Source: Lepidodermella squamata
Lineage: Eukaryota; Animalia; Gastrotricha
Assembly (NCBI GenBank): GCA_047495785.1
Contig: JBLDXI010000009.1
Coordinates: forward strand, 1,860,001-1,924,000
Length of the DNA: 64,000 nucleotides
Direction: 5' to 3'
Below are positions 49,353-63,110 of the stretch, piece by piece. A program made the translations under genes and the position numbers. Each line of letters begins with the position of its first letter. The first letter of the stretch is position 1. Under the pieces are notes generated by a model that was not told the DNA's origin, made no database searches, and saw only the letters and a list, made by a program, of their open reading frames with translations.

Positions 49353-50306
49353 TCAAGCAGCAGAATGACATTCTAGCCAGCGGTAGTACCACTGTGCCTC
49401 GTCAGGCAAGTTGTTATCGGTGCAAAATGTTTGCAAATCTTTGTATCTTTCAACCACGTCAAACCGACATGCCGCTTGTAGTTTTCGCAAACAAACGGGG
49501 CATAGGTAGCTAGGTCGAGACTCTGACTCGACGCGATGGTTAGATCCGTTCATTAAACAGTTGAAGTAAATGCAGTGGCGCATGCCAAACATATGCCCGA
49601 TTTCGTGGCACATCAAATTTTTGACCAATTTTAACAACTCTGTGCAGTTGAAATCGGAGTCTTCAAAATTTGGAGTGTCCGGAAAAGAAGGCAAAAATCT
49701 GGCCAAAGAATAGACACCACATCGTTGATCAATACTGGCGAGGCCAAACACATAGTTCCAAGCCTCGCTAGGGTATATATCTGAGAGAGTAATTCCCGCA
49801 AGACAGAAAGCGTCGGAGGGTAAAGATTTTGAAATTAGTCGCATGATGTCCCTTGCGTTGACTTGGTCGTTTTCGGTTGAAGGATTTTTTCGAATTGTAA
49901 CATTTTGCGTTGATTTCGCAACCTTGGTCAATTTGACTTCGGCGTTGAAAAATATTGAAGCGTAACGAACCAATTTTTCAAGTATAACGCTCGGAATATC
50001 GGTATTAGGAAAAAATGAGTATGGTCTGATGTATATTATTTCTCGAGGTTTTTCTTTAACATTGCGAGGCGATTGGTAAAATTCCATGAATCCCTGACCA
50101 ACTTCAGGTTGTGAGGAAAGCCAGTCACCAGGCCCCGGCATCGAAATAGGTTGGTAAAGGACTGGATCAGGAATGAAAACTTTGAAGTCGACATTGCACT
50201 TCTTAGAAATCTGAGCATGCGAGTCCACGAAAACCCCGCTCCTTTGTCGCTTTTCCAAACCTATCGCTTTGAGAACTTCTTCATCGCTGGGTCGCTTGAA
50301 TGGCAT
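49353..50306 (-). CDS. AMZ2: Archaemetzincin (M54 zinc metalloprotease), intronless CDS
   Basis: PGPGDWL...GQGFMEF, DIYPSEAWNYVFGLAS, HEIGHMFGMRHC, CLMNGSN, LCPVCLRKL; start MPFKRP after a TTTTTAG acceptor. Confidence 0.9.
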   Translation of the reverse strand: MPFKRPSDEEVLKAIGLEKRQRSGVFVDSHAQISKKCNVDFKVFIPDPVLYQPISMPGPGDWLSSQPEVGQGFMEFYQSPRNVKEKPREIIYIRPYSFFPNTDIPSVILEKLVRYASIFFNAEVKLTKVAKSTQNVTIRKNPSTENDQVNARDIMRLISKSLPSDAFCLAGITLSDIYPSEAWNYVFGLASIDQRCGVYSLARFLPSFPDTPNFEDSDFNCTELLKLVKNLMCHEIGHMFGMRHCIYFNCLMNGSNHRVESESRPSYLCPVCLRKLQAACRFDVVERYKDLQTFCTDNNLPDEAQWYYRWLECHSAA

Positions 50307-51203
50307 GATGACAGGTCGACGCACTACAATCTAAAAATCGATGCAACAATTAGTAATTGCCACGTTACTTGCCACGTTACTAGGTATTAGGAGTGAAATT
50401 ACTAATGAAGTGATCGGGAGATTTTCATGGTAAGAACAAAACAATTAGCTCGCCATGCTCGCTTGATATATGAACATTTAAAATATAGGATGTTCCGTAA
50501 TTAGGTCTCAGGGGTAAGGGCTTCAGGGGTAAGGTCTTAATTAGATTCGGTCGCCACAAGCCAAGAGGCGAGAGCATAGAGTATACAGTGATTCCAGTTA
50601 TTGAAAACCGGTGTAATGACATGTAAGTTCATGTAAGTATTTCATCATTTTGGTGTTCCAATTTTAATCACGCGCCGAAGAAGCTCAAAACTGATGAGCG
50701 CTCAAATATCAACTTCTCGATTCCTCAATTTGTGATGTCGAAGCATCTGGAGAAATGGGTCTCCTAAAATAACGCTTCGCAGCTATGAGTAACTTTATTA
50801 CTAACAATCGTGGCGGAAATTGGCGACGATTCAAGCGCTTAGCAAAAGTTGCTCTATCTCAACAGTCGCCAGTAGCGAACTTTCATTCTAACTTGACACC
50901 GTAGTGGTTCGTCAGAACTCATAACAAGGGTGTACTATATTAGATTAAGCTGCAGGAGTAGAGTAGGCTACAGTGCATGAAATAGCTTCTTTGAGATCTC
51001 AAATCCCAAGATCTTACCACAAAGAGAGTCATTTCTTTTTACAAACCGCAATATACATATTGAAAATTGAAAAATCGAACAAAAATTAAAAAAAATGGTT
51101 TCAGTCACATGGCTCGCTTCTGATTTTGACAAATAAAAATAAATTGTTGCTTTTTTAGTTTGAAATGTTGAAATCAAACTTTTTTGTTGATTTCGTTTTT
51201 CTT

Positions 51204-51217
51204 ATTACCATGACAAC
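51204..51217. promoter_or_regulatory. RFX X-box-like element between the divergent AMZ and ankyrin genes
   Basis: ATTACCATGACAAC (reverse complement GTTGTCATGGTAAT) is a close match to the X-box palindrome. Confidence 0.4.
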
Positions 51218-51881
51218 GCATTATTTTTTACGGCACAGCAGAGTTGTGATCCCCACTGTTAAACCCCTTACCCCTTAGAACTGCGGTCGACTGGTTTCGC
51301 TTCTTTGCGCTGTTTAGCTTAAGGAATGTGGCTGCGAATTTCGATTTAGACCTTCTTAAACGGATACGCCACGGCTTAAAGGCGCAGACGTGTTTGGCCA
51401 TACTCGTCTACGTTTTGAATTATGGTCTGATTCTATTCATGCCTTCGAACCACTGGCTTGTTGTCGCAAATTAAATGCAGCAATACTTTTTTCATAGAAG
51501 ATGTCCGACAAACTGATCATATCTCTAAGTGTATGATTATTCTGCACTAATTTTTGCTGTTGTACCATCCCTGCGCTTAACACCGAATTATTGGTGACGC
51601 GTGAGACCTTTTCCACATCAAGCTTTCAAGCCCTGTTGAATCGCCGGAAGTGGTGGCGTGGCCAATCGTCACAAGAAAGTGGTCATCTTTTTCATCTTCG
51701 GCTTTGAGAGTTTGAAAAGCGATGAATCATTAATCTAGACGTAGAGCTTTATATGCTGTGTACGGTCGCCTTACTTCCGCGCTCGATCCTCTTTTTGCCC
51801 ATTTATAAATCCATTCCTAAATACTGTTATTCTTTTATAAAATTAAAAAAGAAATGGTGCAATCAGAAGGAAAACAATGAA

Positions 51882-51909
51882 ATGATGATGATGATGATGA
51901 TGATGATGA
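51882..51909 (+). repeat. (ATG)n microsatellite
   Basis: atgatgatg run, about 9 units. Confidence 0.9.
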
Positions 51910-52225
51910 GCTCAGCGAGTGGTAAATCGCCAGTTCAGCACAAAACTTAACAACACTCAATCCATGCAATTTCGATATAGCTCGGCCCTTCTTTTGTTAT
52001 TTTCGTAGTTGTCAATCCTAGCAAGCCCAACTTGATAACTCTCAAGCGTAATAGTAATTGTCATGATCAACTCATCTGGCTCGGTCGGTACCTCCTCTAA
52101 AGTATACCGCTCTTTGCATTAACGACTTTTACGGGTGTGATGGTGATGGGATTGCTAACTTCTGACACGTCCATGATCACCGCATGATGACGAGTTCATC
52201 TTTTTTCTAGGTGGTTTTGTACATA

Positions 52226-53706
52226 ATGGAGAACGCTAACTTTTCGCGACAGTCAGACTTGCTGACGGCCGCGTTGTATGGTGACATGGCCACGCTGATA
52301 CGAGAAATAGAGGTAAACCTTTGTTACTCAGTACCTAACATTCCATTTACCTGAGTTTTGCTCCTTTCATTTAGAAAGGAACTAGTTTAACTTCCGTGAA
52401 CGATTATAAGCGATCGGCATTGCACAATGCCGCGATTGGAGGGCAGCTGTCCGTTGCTCAGGTTTGTTAGAATTTCAGAATTTCAGAATGTTCACAATGA
52501 GATTGTTATCGTAGTTGTTGCTTGTTGACCCGACGGTTGTTGACCTAATAAATGCGCCCGATCTTGATGGCAATACCTGTGTGCACCTGGCAGCACTGCA
52601 TGGCCGTACTACTGTAATCTCGTTATTCATCGACAACGGTGCCGATTTCACAAAACCGAACGTCAATGGTTTATTTCCAGTGCACCTAGCCGCTAAACGG
52701 GGCCACTGGGATTTGCTGAAATTACTGTATCATTCACAAATTCGGCTAGATACTAAATGCATAGAATACGAAAGAACTGCAATTCATTATGCCGCAGAAT
52801 CTGGATGTTAGTTGCTCTACTTGAACATGTCTGAATTTTATAAAGTTGACCAATTTTCAGCCGATGAAGTTCTCAGGGGTCTAGTGACACTTAATGCAGT
52901 TGACATGGCCGATGTAGACATCAGTGGAAACCTAGCGACTCACATGGCAGCGCAAGGCAATCAGTTAAAGTGCTTGAAATACCTCGTCGAACAAGGCATT
53001 CATGTCGATCGAATCCCGAATAAACTGGGCAGATTCCCGCTTCATTATGCCGCAGCTGCAAACGCCACGCCAGTCGTCCACTGGATCCTCGAGCACACAT
53101 CTAAAGGTCATGCCAATATTCAGGACCACGAAGGGCTGACCCCTCTGTAAGTTCATATATCATCATCTTTCTTGAAGATTACGTCTATTGTAAAGGCACA
53201 TGGCTGGCTTGTACGGAGCAGCTGAGGCGTTTAATTGCATTGCGACGCACGGTGGCGATCTTTCGTTGCAATCACGTGACCATGAAACACCCGTCGAAGC
53301 AGCGAGACGAGCCGGCCACCCGGTTCTCATCGACAAGGCCGTTCAAAATCAGGTCGAGTGTCCACAGTGCAAGAAAACTCGCGATGCGCAGCTGTGGCGC
53401 AAAAGTCACCCGATTCCGTCGGTGATGCAAAAAATTGCTGTTGATCAGCTGCGAATTTTCCGGCTCAAGGGTAAACAGGATGCGTTGTTCAAGCCGCTTA
53501 GCGAGCAGCCGTCGACTTCTACACCTCAATCGCATTCGAAGCCGCCGAGTCGCGAAACACCGGACAACGCGCGATCACGTGTCATTCACTCGGCGGCGAA
53601 AGCGCGTAATAAGGCGCCATCGACGGAACTTGTTGCTGTCGGTCGTGATCTGCCGACAAAATTCTACGGCGAACATATTGACAAAAGCTTGTACAAACTC
53701 AACTGA
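52226..53706 (+). CDS. Ankyrin-repeat protein; exons 52226-52312, 52375-52461, 52515-52806, 52861-53146, 53196-53706
   Basis: Repeated ankyrin motifs SALHNAA, TCVHLAA, FPVHLAA, TAIHYAA, FPLHYAA, TPLHMA, TPVEAA; in-frame GT-AG introns. Confidence 0.9.
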
Positions 53707-54879
53707 CATTTTAGCGTTGCATGACCACTTTGACCATGATAACTGCACTCATGTATTGGTTTATTCTCCGTTGCTCATTCATGTGCCATTTGCGTATTTT
53801 AAAATAACCATTTTTCACTCATTTGAAGGGAGACACTGATGTCGCTTGGCCTCTGTTGCTGTCCAATATTTGTCAAAATTTCATAGCAATTATTTTTTTA
53901 ATTACATGAGTTCAGCTTCTAACTGTTCCAAATTGCAACGATGACGTGAGAAATTAATAAAAACACGTTTCGGTTCATTGTTTTACTTTTGTATACCGAT
54001 TTGTGTAATCGGAATTATAAATTATAAGTGGCTTTTTGAAACTTCAACATTGCTGATAGGACAGTAACCGAATTGCCGGGAACGAAAATACAAAATTTGC
54101 CCCGTTTTCGTGCCAACGTACCACGTACCAGTTGCAGAGCCATCATCGAAGTAGCTTATGGAAAAAACGCAAATCGCGAACGGGTGAATTGTACCGGAAA
54201 CTTGAAGGCACGAATAATGCCTCCCCTCCGGAATGGACTGATGGTGCCTAAATTGCGATTTTCTGAGTGCACGCTCGTATTTATTCCATTCCTTGTTCCT
54301 AAAAACGAAGCTGAAATTACGAAGCTGAGGGAACAGGGAACTGCGAATATTGAGTACACTCAAAATCAGATAAACTGTTACCAACGTTAGGTTTCAAGTA
54401 GAATTAACGCCTGCGCTTTCCCAATCTGAGATAGTCTGCTTCTTCGATTAGATTCGATTTGGCATTTTTCAAACGGGTGTTTTTCCAACACGACAAAAAG
54501 GCAAAATTAAGAACTTTGAAATCTTTAATCCCCCAAAATGTTGCTTTCATCTTGTCATCCTTCAGACTCATATAACGAAAGTCTTTCAAAATGTACACAA
54601 TACCGATTTAAAGTACAAAAATGCAACTCAAACATATATAATATAATATCTAATGATAGATTCCATCCCGGCAGTTGCCGTCAGATAAAATTTGAAGAGG
54701 AATACTGAAAAGCCGAATCTGAATTATTGTCAGAATTTAATCAACAAAATTAAAGCTGAGTGTCGTTGATAAAAATTACAGTGGTATCGGCTAAAGGAAG
54801 ACCAAATAGGCAACTCGGTTCTAATGATTTCGACTAATTTTTTGGTACTGGCATTCAAAGACTAATATTTACAGTCATT

Positions 54880-57312
54880 TCAAATAATTTCTTCTTGTTC
54901 ACATAGAAAGGCTTGTGTAGTTGTGTAATCCTGAGCAGAGGAGACGATGCCCGGAGTAGATCGGCGAGGAGCAGTAACATTGCCATACGATGATGGAATC
55001 GTCCGTACAGCCTCAACCGGCAGTTTAGCTGATCGAAGATTCTTAGGCGATTTTTTCGGGGTTGGAAAAGCGTCTTCCGGGTCTGGCGATGTATTATCAT
55101 TGTCAGCGTCTTCATCATCATCCACAGCCATACTATATTGGCGCATATTAGGCAGTTGGCCTCTGATCACAGTAGAACGAAATGCAGCGTTGAATGCGTA
55201 GTTTTCCGGCGCAGGCCTTGGAGCCGGCGATCGTCCAGAGCTCGGTCTTCTATAATTTTAGAATAACATTTCAGTTGTATTAGTTTAAAAACCTAATTGC
55301 GGCTTACGCTCTACCATCCACAGAAAAATCTCGCATTTCCATCTGGGGATGAGGTTGCATCGATGAGCTCTGATCTGCACCAGAATAATCGGGGCTTTGC
55401 TCGTGGCTCCGTCCACTCGACGGCGATGGCCTCCGCAAAGTTCCCGGAGAGGTACGCCGAATAACACAAGGGCTGGCCATGGTGACCGTTACAACCGTGG
55501 AAGGCTGAGACATCAAGGTCGAGCCCGGGTTAGCATAAACTATTTCCTGGTGCTCTGTTATACCCCTACTGCCCGATCCTCGACCTGACGATGTTGAACC
55601 GCCCGACATTGGTTGCTGATGCGAAAACGCAGGCCCTGATTCTATTTCAATGCTATATTGGTGCTGTGCTTGGTGAACGACGTGAGGCGGTGGCTGATTG
55701 TGTGGAACGTTGCTTATATATGTGGTAGCAACAGGTGACGAAATATTAACCGGGACCGGCGCGTTTGATGCCGCTGGAATGCTTACGGAAGTCTTCGGAC
55801 TGGTCACCATATTGTTGCCGTGATGGTTCACATAAATATGCTGAGTTGGCACAGGCTGGCTTTGAGTTTGCCGTAGCGCTTTCGGAGTGCCCGAAGTTGG
55901 GGTTCGGGGAGATTTAGCTGGCATCATCGGACCATCTTCACCATCGATTGCACTGGAAAATAATGATGTTTCGTTTAGAAAAGCAATATAGAAGTAATGA
56001 TATCGGATGCTTACCCTGTGCGATCATTTCGATGCTGGAAAACCTCACGTCCCCCGCCTGTGATAAATGCGTCGTCTGGCTCGAAGTCTGAGAAAGTGAA
56101 ATGCTCTTCGTGAAAGTACTGCCTGTGTCGAGCCGCGTTTCCACTTCGTGGAGGTAATGACGGCGATTTATTCACAGACTGGTTGTCACTCGAGAGAACC
56201 TCATTACGAGGCTGCTGGTCCCATACATTCCCTCGTCCTATGCTAGGATCCCTTGACTTGCCGTCATTGTTCTGACCTATCCTAAACATTGGTTTCGCGC
56301 GAATTTTGCCGGACGACTCTTGCTTGGGCGTGATTGGCATCGGAGGGCCACCCGAGGAAGACCTAGTAGAGCATGTTCGACTTTCGGCGACAGGTTCGAC
56401 CGGTGGGTTTATGGCGCTCATTTTTTTCCGCAGCTGCTGCTGGAGGAAGTCATCGCTGTACGGATGAGCGTCCTTGCCGACCTCTGGAGATTTGTCGAGA
56501 ACTGGTTGGTGCTGAGGACGTTCCTAACCGAATACACGTTTAAACACCGAATTAAAGCCATCGTTATGAATAATAACTTACGACTTCAACCCAACCCGGT
56601 GCAGCAGGCTGTCGGACACTTCCCTGCGATTGATTCCGCCGGCGATCAGCCTCGCTTAATTGGTTCCACAATGGAACCACCTCTTCACCAGGCGGAGAAA
56701 ATTTCGGCGAGGTAGCGCTGCGCGGCGGCATTCCAGGGACCGGGTAGTAGTCACCATTTGATAGCAGTGGTTGGTGTTGTTTCGTATCAGCAGTGCCGTT
56801 GTATATCTGAAAGTGGCCACCTGGCAAGTTGGAACCAACTTTGTCCGACTTGTCGCTGTTTGTGTTACTCTTTTGACTTCCCGATTTTTTATTCTCGGGC
56901 TTATTGGCAGGCCGATAACATAGTACGACACAACACGAATGAAAACAAGCTATAATTCCCAATGTCGTCAGCCCGGCGCCAACAGATATGAGTGTAATTC
57001 CAGAAATATTAAATATTGAAGCAGTTCTGTTTGAAACGGAAAAAATCAGTCAAAATTGGATGTTACATTTTTCAAATAGCTTACTCGGGGTCATCCGGGT
57101 AATGCGCGGTAAAAACTTTGAGCACGTAACCAACTGAGAAAAGGGTGGCCCCAATAGCAACGAAGGCCCATATCAAAGCTCGGCTAGCTATCCAATTCTA
57201 TTCGATTAAATTGGACGATTTTTCAAAGAATTGTAATAATATTCTGTGCACTTACCTTTCGATAGCAGCAGAGTTTAGGCTCTTGAAGTCCCTCCGTATC
57301 GTCAAAATGCAT
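54880..57312 (-). CDS. Orphan two-transmembrane protein with a long disordered tail; exons 57312-57256, 57197-57085, 57026-56582, 56523-56015, 55952-55308, 55249-54880
   Basis: Five canonical GTAAG introns join ORF fragments in frame; TM1 ALIWAFVAIGATLFSVGYVLKVF, TM2 ITLISVGAGLTTLGIIACF; Cys clusters flank the TMs; ends EEII. Confidence 0.82.
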
Positions 57313-60054
57313 AGTTATGCATTATATTCGATAATCATCTCAATCCAACTTATTAAATCATGTTTAATAACTAGAAATTATCGTACACCTGGCGGTTAAA
57401 AAAATTATTTCGATTTTTTTTTATATAAACGAGACAGGAATGAGTGAAGCGTGAAAGCTAGATAGTGCCGATATATCAAAATCAAGCAGGGCTGATGTAG
57501 CGTGATAAATGATCGGCTAATAATTTTTTGACAGGTAATAGACACTATAGGGGCATTTGTTTGCTGATCGCGTCCAGAGCCGAGCATAGCTGGCGCGTTG
57601 CATTTTCTCGCCTTGTTTTTTTAGCAGATGGGTAGCGGCTATGACTCATTTACGTTTTATCGGCAAGCGGGAACAATGAAGTGATTGAATGATAGCTTGG
57701 AAACGAGAGAGCGAGAAGACATGCTACATTACTTGCCGCGTTAAAATACTACGAATACTTACTTAACGCAGTCCATCGCATTTTTTCGCGCTTCATCTTT
57801 GAACTGAAATATGCATTCGTATTTTACCGATAGTCGCTTTTTCACCTAAGTTGCATAGGCCGGGAACGATGATAAACACCGTTTAACCAATGATGCCACG
57901 ATGATTATTTCTATGTATTTAGTTGTGGCATAAATCAGGCATGTTAAAATAATATGTAAAACTGCATTTGCGGCCAGTTGCTATGATTGGCTAAGCAAAT
58001 GCCGGCAAGAAGTACTGCTGCTTCTAGAGTGGCGCACCAAGAAGAAGGGGGAACATCCGATTGGGATTTATTATTTTTATAGCTACAACATACGGATATA
58101 AACGGAAAGCGACCGCTAAAAATTGCATGCTATATCCAGCAATTTGTTATTGGTTATTATGCGCTTAATAGCATTATAATTGCAGGCTATTTAATATGTT
58201 AAGCGATAAAAAAGTCGGCGATATTGCGCTGAAAAATTAAACATGCTACGATGGCTCTTGAACATAAAAAATAAGACAAGGCTGGTCGAACAAAGGTATC
58301 GGTATACCTGGATATATATTTTTCAATTGGACTTCCACTTAGTCTCGATTGCACGCCATATCGATAATAGTTCTACGAGTGTTTATTCTTATTATTTGTA
58401 CTTAACGATGAAAAAATTAGGGTATTAGGAAACTCAGCGTCGGATCAAGATATCAAAATAATAATAATACCAGCGTAAATTTGGCTACGAAAATAAACAT
58501 AAAAAACGCTTCAGCGATCATGTCCTTTTGGATGGGCGCCTGTGGCTTCAGGGTGTTTAAAGCTCGGGTTGTAGTAAAAAAAAACCGGGCTGACGGCCGG
58601 TTCCCGGTCTCCTATGGCGTACTAGAGAGCATCAAATCATCGCAATGTGTTATGTGTGCAATATAATTTATACTGGAAATATGCTCTTTCTGTCAACAAA
58701 GCTCAAGAACAATTCAATAGGTGGTAGGTTGTACGAGACGTAAGGCGGGCTTACGAGCATGTAATACGAAGCATCTTAGCCTTGCGGAAATGCGCTACGT
58801 CTATTGGAGAGATGCGCTGGTTTTGTACGACAAGCCTAATATAATAATAATTATAACGCCCGTAAAATTATGAGCGCTAAAATGGAATAGATCTCTATGT
58901 GTAGTTAGCATGGATTCAAGTTGCGGCACATCTGCCCAGCTCGAGTGGTACAAAAACGACACAACAAAAGCGTCATGGCATGTATATGTCACAACTAAAT
59001 GACATCGCCAAGTAGGGTTAATGATCGCGCTATTGTAAATAATTGCGATGTTCGAGCGGAACAATAAACCGCGATAAATCCGAGTCGGTTCGGATTGCTT
59101 GCTTTACACTTGACATTTTTACCATCGCCAACTCTCAATTATACCTACTACGAATCAAGAAAATCACGGTACAATTTAACGATGATGGATGGGTTATTTA
59201 TGCGATTGTCCGTGGCCTATCGAGTGCATTAGGTTGATGGTTAATGAATCAGGGGTTAGATCGCAGTGAGTTCACTTATTAAAGGTCGAATGCGCATGAC
59301 ATGAAAATTATCGACCTAAGTTTTATACATCAAATATTAATAATAGCGAAGGACAAAAAGCTTATACATACGCTGTTATTATTACTACAAAGAAAGCGCA
59401 CTTTCACTTAATAGCGGCAGTGGCAAATTACAGCAATATTAGTGGTGTTCAAAAGCTGTTTACGATTGATTGGTCTCGCAGCCGGCGAATCGGCCCTACT
59501 GCGAGCCTCGAAGAAGTCTCATTGCTCATGCATAGGCCCAATTCTCAATGTTACGGGTTTACGCTTCGTGCCTGCTGTGTACGCGACGCGCTGGTCGTCC
59601 AGAAACAACATCTTGCGCGCTTGCTGTTTTTTCTTTCCAAGTAAGAAGTGGACCAAGCAAATAAGCAAGTGCGAAGAAGGGCGCCATCGATTAAATGCCA
59701 TCGCAATAGCTATTTGAAGGCACTTCCTCACATTAAATATTTTACTACCTACAATTATCGCCTGCTCCTCAATGGATTAGCTAATAAAAAAACCCAATGC
59801 CGAATTTTGGAGAAAATTAAAGCCGGTAATCTCTTAAAAGCTATCGGCGTATAAAATATGTCTAGTATATGCCAATGGCAACTCGCTTACGATTATGCAA
59901 TGATGAACTTGAAATATTGAGATTTTTATCATTCAAGCAGATGTGCCTAACTAGCTGTTGTTTTGGCGAAGTGAGCAACAGCCTCATTTGCCTGTCCGAA
60001 AACCCAAGCAGGTCATGTAACATCCGCTGAACAAATCGGTTATCTGATCTCTTA

Positions 60055-60076
60055 ATATATATATATATATATATAT
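60055..60076 (+). repeat. (AT)n microsatellite
   Basis: atatatat run. Confidence 0.9.
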
Positions 60077-61411
60077 CCGGAGTAAAATACTCAATACTTA
60101 CGAGCACGTGTTGATGAACGAGCAACACACCCGTATATACCGTGTGCGAGCCTTTTTGCCTAATCGCTTCTAATAATACATCGCTGTATTCCGCAATGAT
60201 GAGCTGTAGTCATCCACCAAGTATGGAATTGTAAACAAAGGTGAATGAAAGGCGGGCAGTTTGAAACAGTAACTTGCCGCCGCGCCGCTGCTGCCGATGC
60301 TGCGGATGCGCGAAGGTGATGACGACGCCTAATCGGGAATTGCATGATGCCATTTCAATGACGCATGCAGCAATAAAATGACGCCACAAAATGATGAATG
60401 ACTGGGCGGACGGAAACGATAAATAATCGCAAGTGTTTATCTTCGGTTAATCATAATCGCATGAATCGGTAGTTCCGAAACAAAAGCCGCTTAATTTGAA
60501 TAATTACCTATACCTATGTATGAACTCTTCAAATGTATATTCGTTAATTAGTATGCATATTGGCAAATAACTCGCCACAATTTAGGCTGTTGAAAATTTG
60601 TGGGATGCGAGTGTATTGGCGATTCCTTATAGCAACACTTCTTTTGAAATGGCCATAACACGGTGGGTGTAATTAGCCGCTATCGAAAGTAGAAGTGGCC
60701 ACAAAAAACGAGCACTCATTGATCGTTGATCAAGCGAAACACATCATTATTGTATTGTAAAGAATAACGCATTTTTGCTAGAAAAGTTTTAATGGATGCA
60801 TTATATCATTACTCACTAATAGTCTCGCAACTACAATGATATGTGAATAAATAAGGCATTAAATAAAATATAATCACCAAATAAGTGCAGTAAATGCCGC
60901 ATTTACGATGATACAAACTCGTCGCCCAGTAAAATTTGGTTTGGCCTCCGCCGGATTCTGCCTGGTCAAAAGGCAACGTAAGAAGAAAAGGCTTTCAAAG
61001 CCACCGTGACCGGCGCCGCATTCACCCCGCGAAATGTCTATGCTTTTACACCGAAAATCACGCCGTCGAGGAAGGGGGTATTTAAAAGCATATGAACAGG
61101 CGTAATTTGAACGAAGATATCGGACAGAAACAAAACTGCTGAAAACAACGAGAAAGTTTTATTCGCCGGTGACTTATCACGTTTGCAGGCAGGCATAGAA
61201 TATTTTACTATCTAGGGTTCATTCAAATGCAATCGCGTATTATATTCTTCAAGAAATGATCGTGACTCACAAACAACATTTTGAATGTTTTTAATGGCTT
61301 TAGCCGGAGAGAAAAAACACCGTCAATTATCATTAACACGGCAGCATCAGCAGTCAATCACTTTGAAGAGAAGAGACGGCAAGATGAGGTTCTTCAATGC
61401 GCTGCCGCTTT

Positions 61412-63110
61412 TTACTGCTCGGCTGAGGACAGTTTCTCTCTGAAATGGATATATTCATTAGACGTCTCCGCAGTCGATCATTGACGCCATTCAAAACTTA
61501 CGTCAGTGCAGCGATTTGTTGCGTGAGGCGCTCTGCCAGCGCGCCTTTCGCGCCCCTCAGCTGCTGATTCGCCGCCTTCAATCGCAGCTTCAATTCGCCG
61601 AAAAGTGAGCAAACCGTGACGGCACGGCCGACAGCGACCAGCGCGTACTCGCCAGTCGCGTCCAGCTTAACGCGGTTGATGCAACCGCTCTGAACGGCGC
61701 CGCCCAAATCGTCGACGCGCTCCAGCCGACCGCCGGTTTCAGCCGAGCCGTCGAATGTGTACAGTGAGCGATTTGAGCCGATAATCACAGATTGCACAGA
61801 AATAGCAGGGCATATTGGAAGAGGATTGCCGCGGCTGATAGCTTCAGACGGCAATGTACCGGATGAGAGTAACTTGGGGTCCTGGCCACGCTTGTATTCC
61901 ACTACAAGAGAAATTATTTATGAAACGATATAAATGAAACGCAAAAATTACCATCGACATTCCACAAACGCCAGGCGCCGTCCTTCGAGACAGACACCAT
62001 TCTAAATTGAATGCATAATTTTCATACGAATTTCGGAAAATATGAGAGCTCTCATGGGATTACACTAGCCATTAATTCGCTAAAAAAATATTCATAATTA
62101 TTTTCGCGCTTACCTCTTGCTTTCGCGATCAAAAGCAACGCCAACAGCGCTGGTTGCATGCCCACCCAGCTCGAAAGCTCGTTTCACGTCAACAAAGTTT
62201 CCGTTGTTGTCGAAAATCACCTCCAAAACTCGGATTTCTGACGTGAAACCGTACGTTGCAATCAAGTTCCCTGACGGAGAAATCGCCATGCCGCTTCCAA
62301 CACCCTGCCTTGTGTCGAGGGTGTGGTACAGCTGACCCTTTAGAGACCAAACTTTCAGAGTAGAATCGTCGGCGAAGGCTGCGATAAAGCGGCCGGTGGA
62401 TGAAACTCCGCAGCCAACAAAAGCTTTATTCGGGGAATGGGTGTCGTATTTAACAAAAGGCGTTGCAGTCATTTTTATCGGATTAGTTTCCGGCAGCTTT
62501 TTCGCGACTTTCCACACCTGGAGACCATTTTCAGACTTCAAGCTCGTGACAAAAGCTTTCGAATCAGGGCTGAAAGACACGTGAACAGCTTCGTCAAGCT
62601 CGACATTCACTCGCGAAAATCTAATCAGAAAAATTGTAAAAAAAAAACGGTTGGCTGATTTTCGAAAATTTCTCACTGTTTATCGCTTTGAAGGAGATCG
62701 TCAAATGTCCACAGAAATAGCGCGCGGTCGGGCGAAACAGACGCTAACAAGCAACCATTAGGACTAAGATCGAAATCTGAGACGTCCGAGCCATGGCCTT
62801 TGAAAGCTGCGACAACACAAGGGGACGCAGCAGAGGTAGAGCTATTCTGGGTTCGTTGCCTCGTGTTAATTTTGCTGGCATGGGTTTTGCGTTGGTGTTT
62901 CTCTGAAACATGGCCATTTGTGCCATTTGTTTTGGCTTCATTAACATCGCCGTCGCTTGATTTTTCGTCTTTCTCCGACGATTCATTGTCCGATTTCCGG
63001 CCGCAAAACATGTATAGAATATAGGACACCACGGCAGCAACAACAACAGTGAGCACAATAGTGGCGCTGCTACTTCCGAGAAAAGCCTCAACCTCCAATT
63101 CAGCAGCCAT
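61412..63110 (-). CDS. TBL2: Transducin beta-like 2 (ER-anchored WD40 protein); exons 63110-62677, 62620-62114, 62001-61952, 61901-61502, 61439-61412
   Basis: N-terminal TM, FKGHGSDV, RVNVELDEAVHVSFSPDSKAF, GFTSEIRV...KRAFELGGH, MVSVSKDGAWRLWNVDVEYKRGQDP, C-terminal coiled coil. Confidence 0.92.

Noticed and set aside
50425-50440. CATG|GTAAGAAC resembling a flatworm SL RNA donor
   Set aside because: No leader similarity upstream, and no Sm site or stem-loops downstream.
58718-58736. let-7-like AGGTGGTAGGTTGTA
   Set aside because: The seed differs and there is no complementary star arm.
60985-61005. AAAAGGCTTTCAAAGCCACC resembling a histone stem-loop
   Set aside because: 5-bp stem and 3-nt loop rather than 6/4, and no histone CDS upstream.
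62042-62055. 14-bp palindrome ATGAGAGCTCTCAT in a TBL2 intron
   Set aside because: Several such palindromes are expected by chance in 64 kb.
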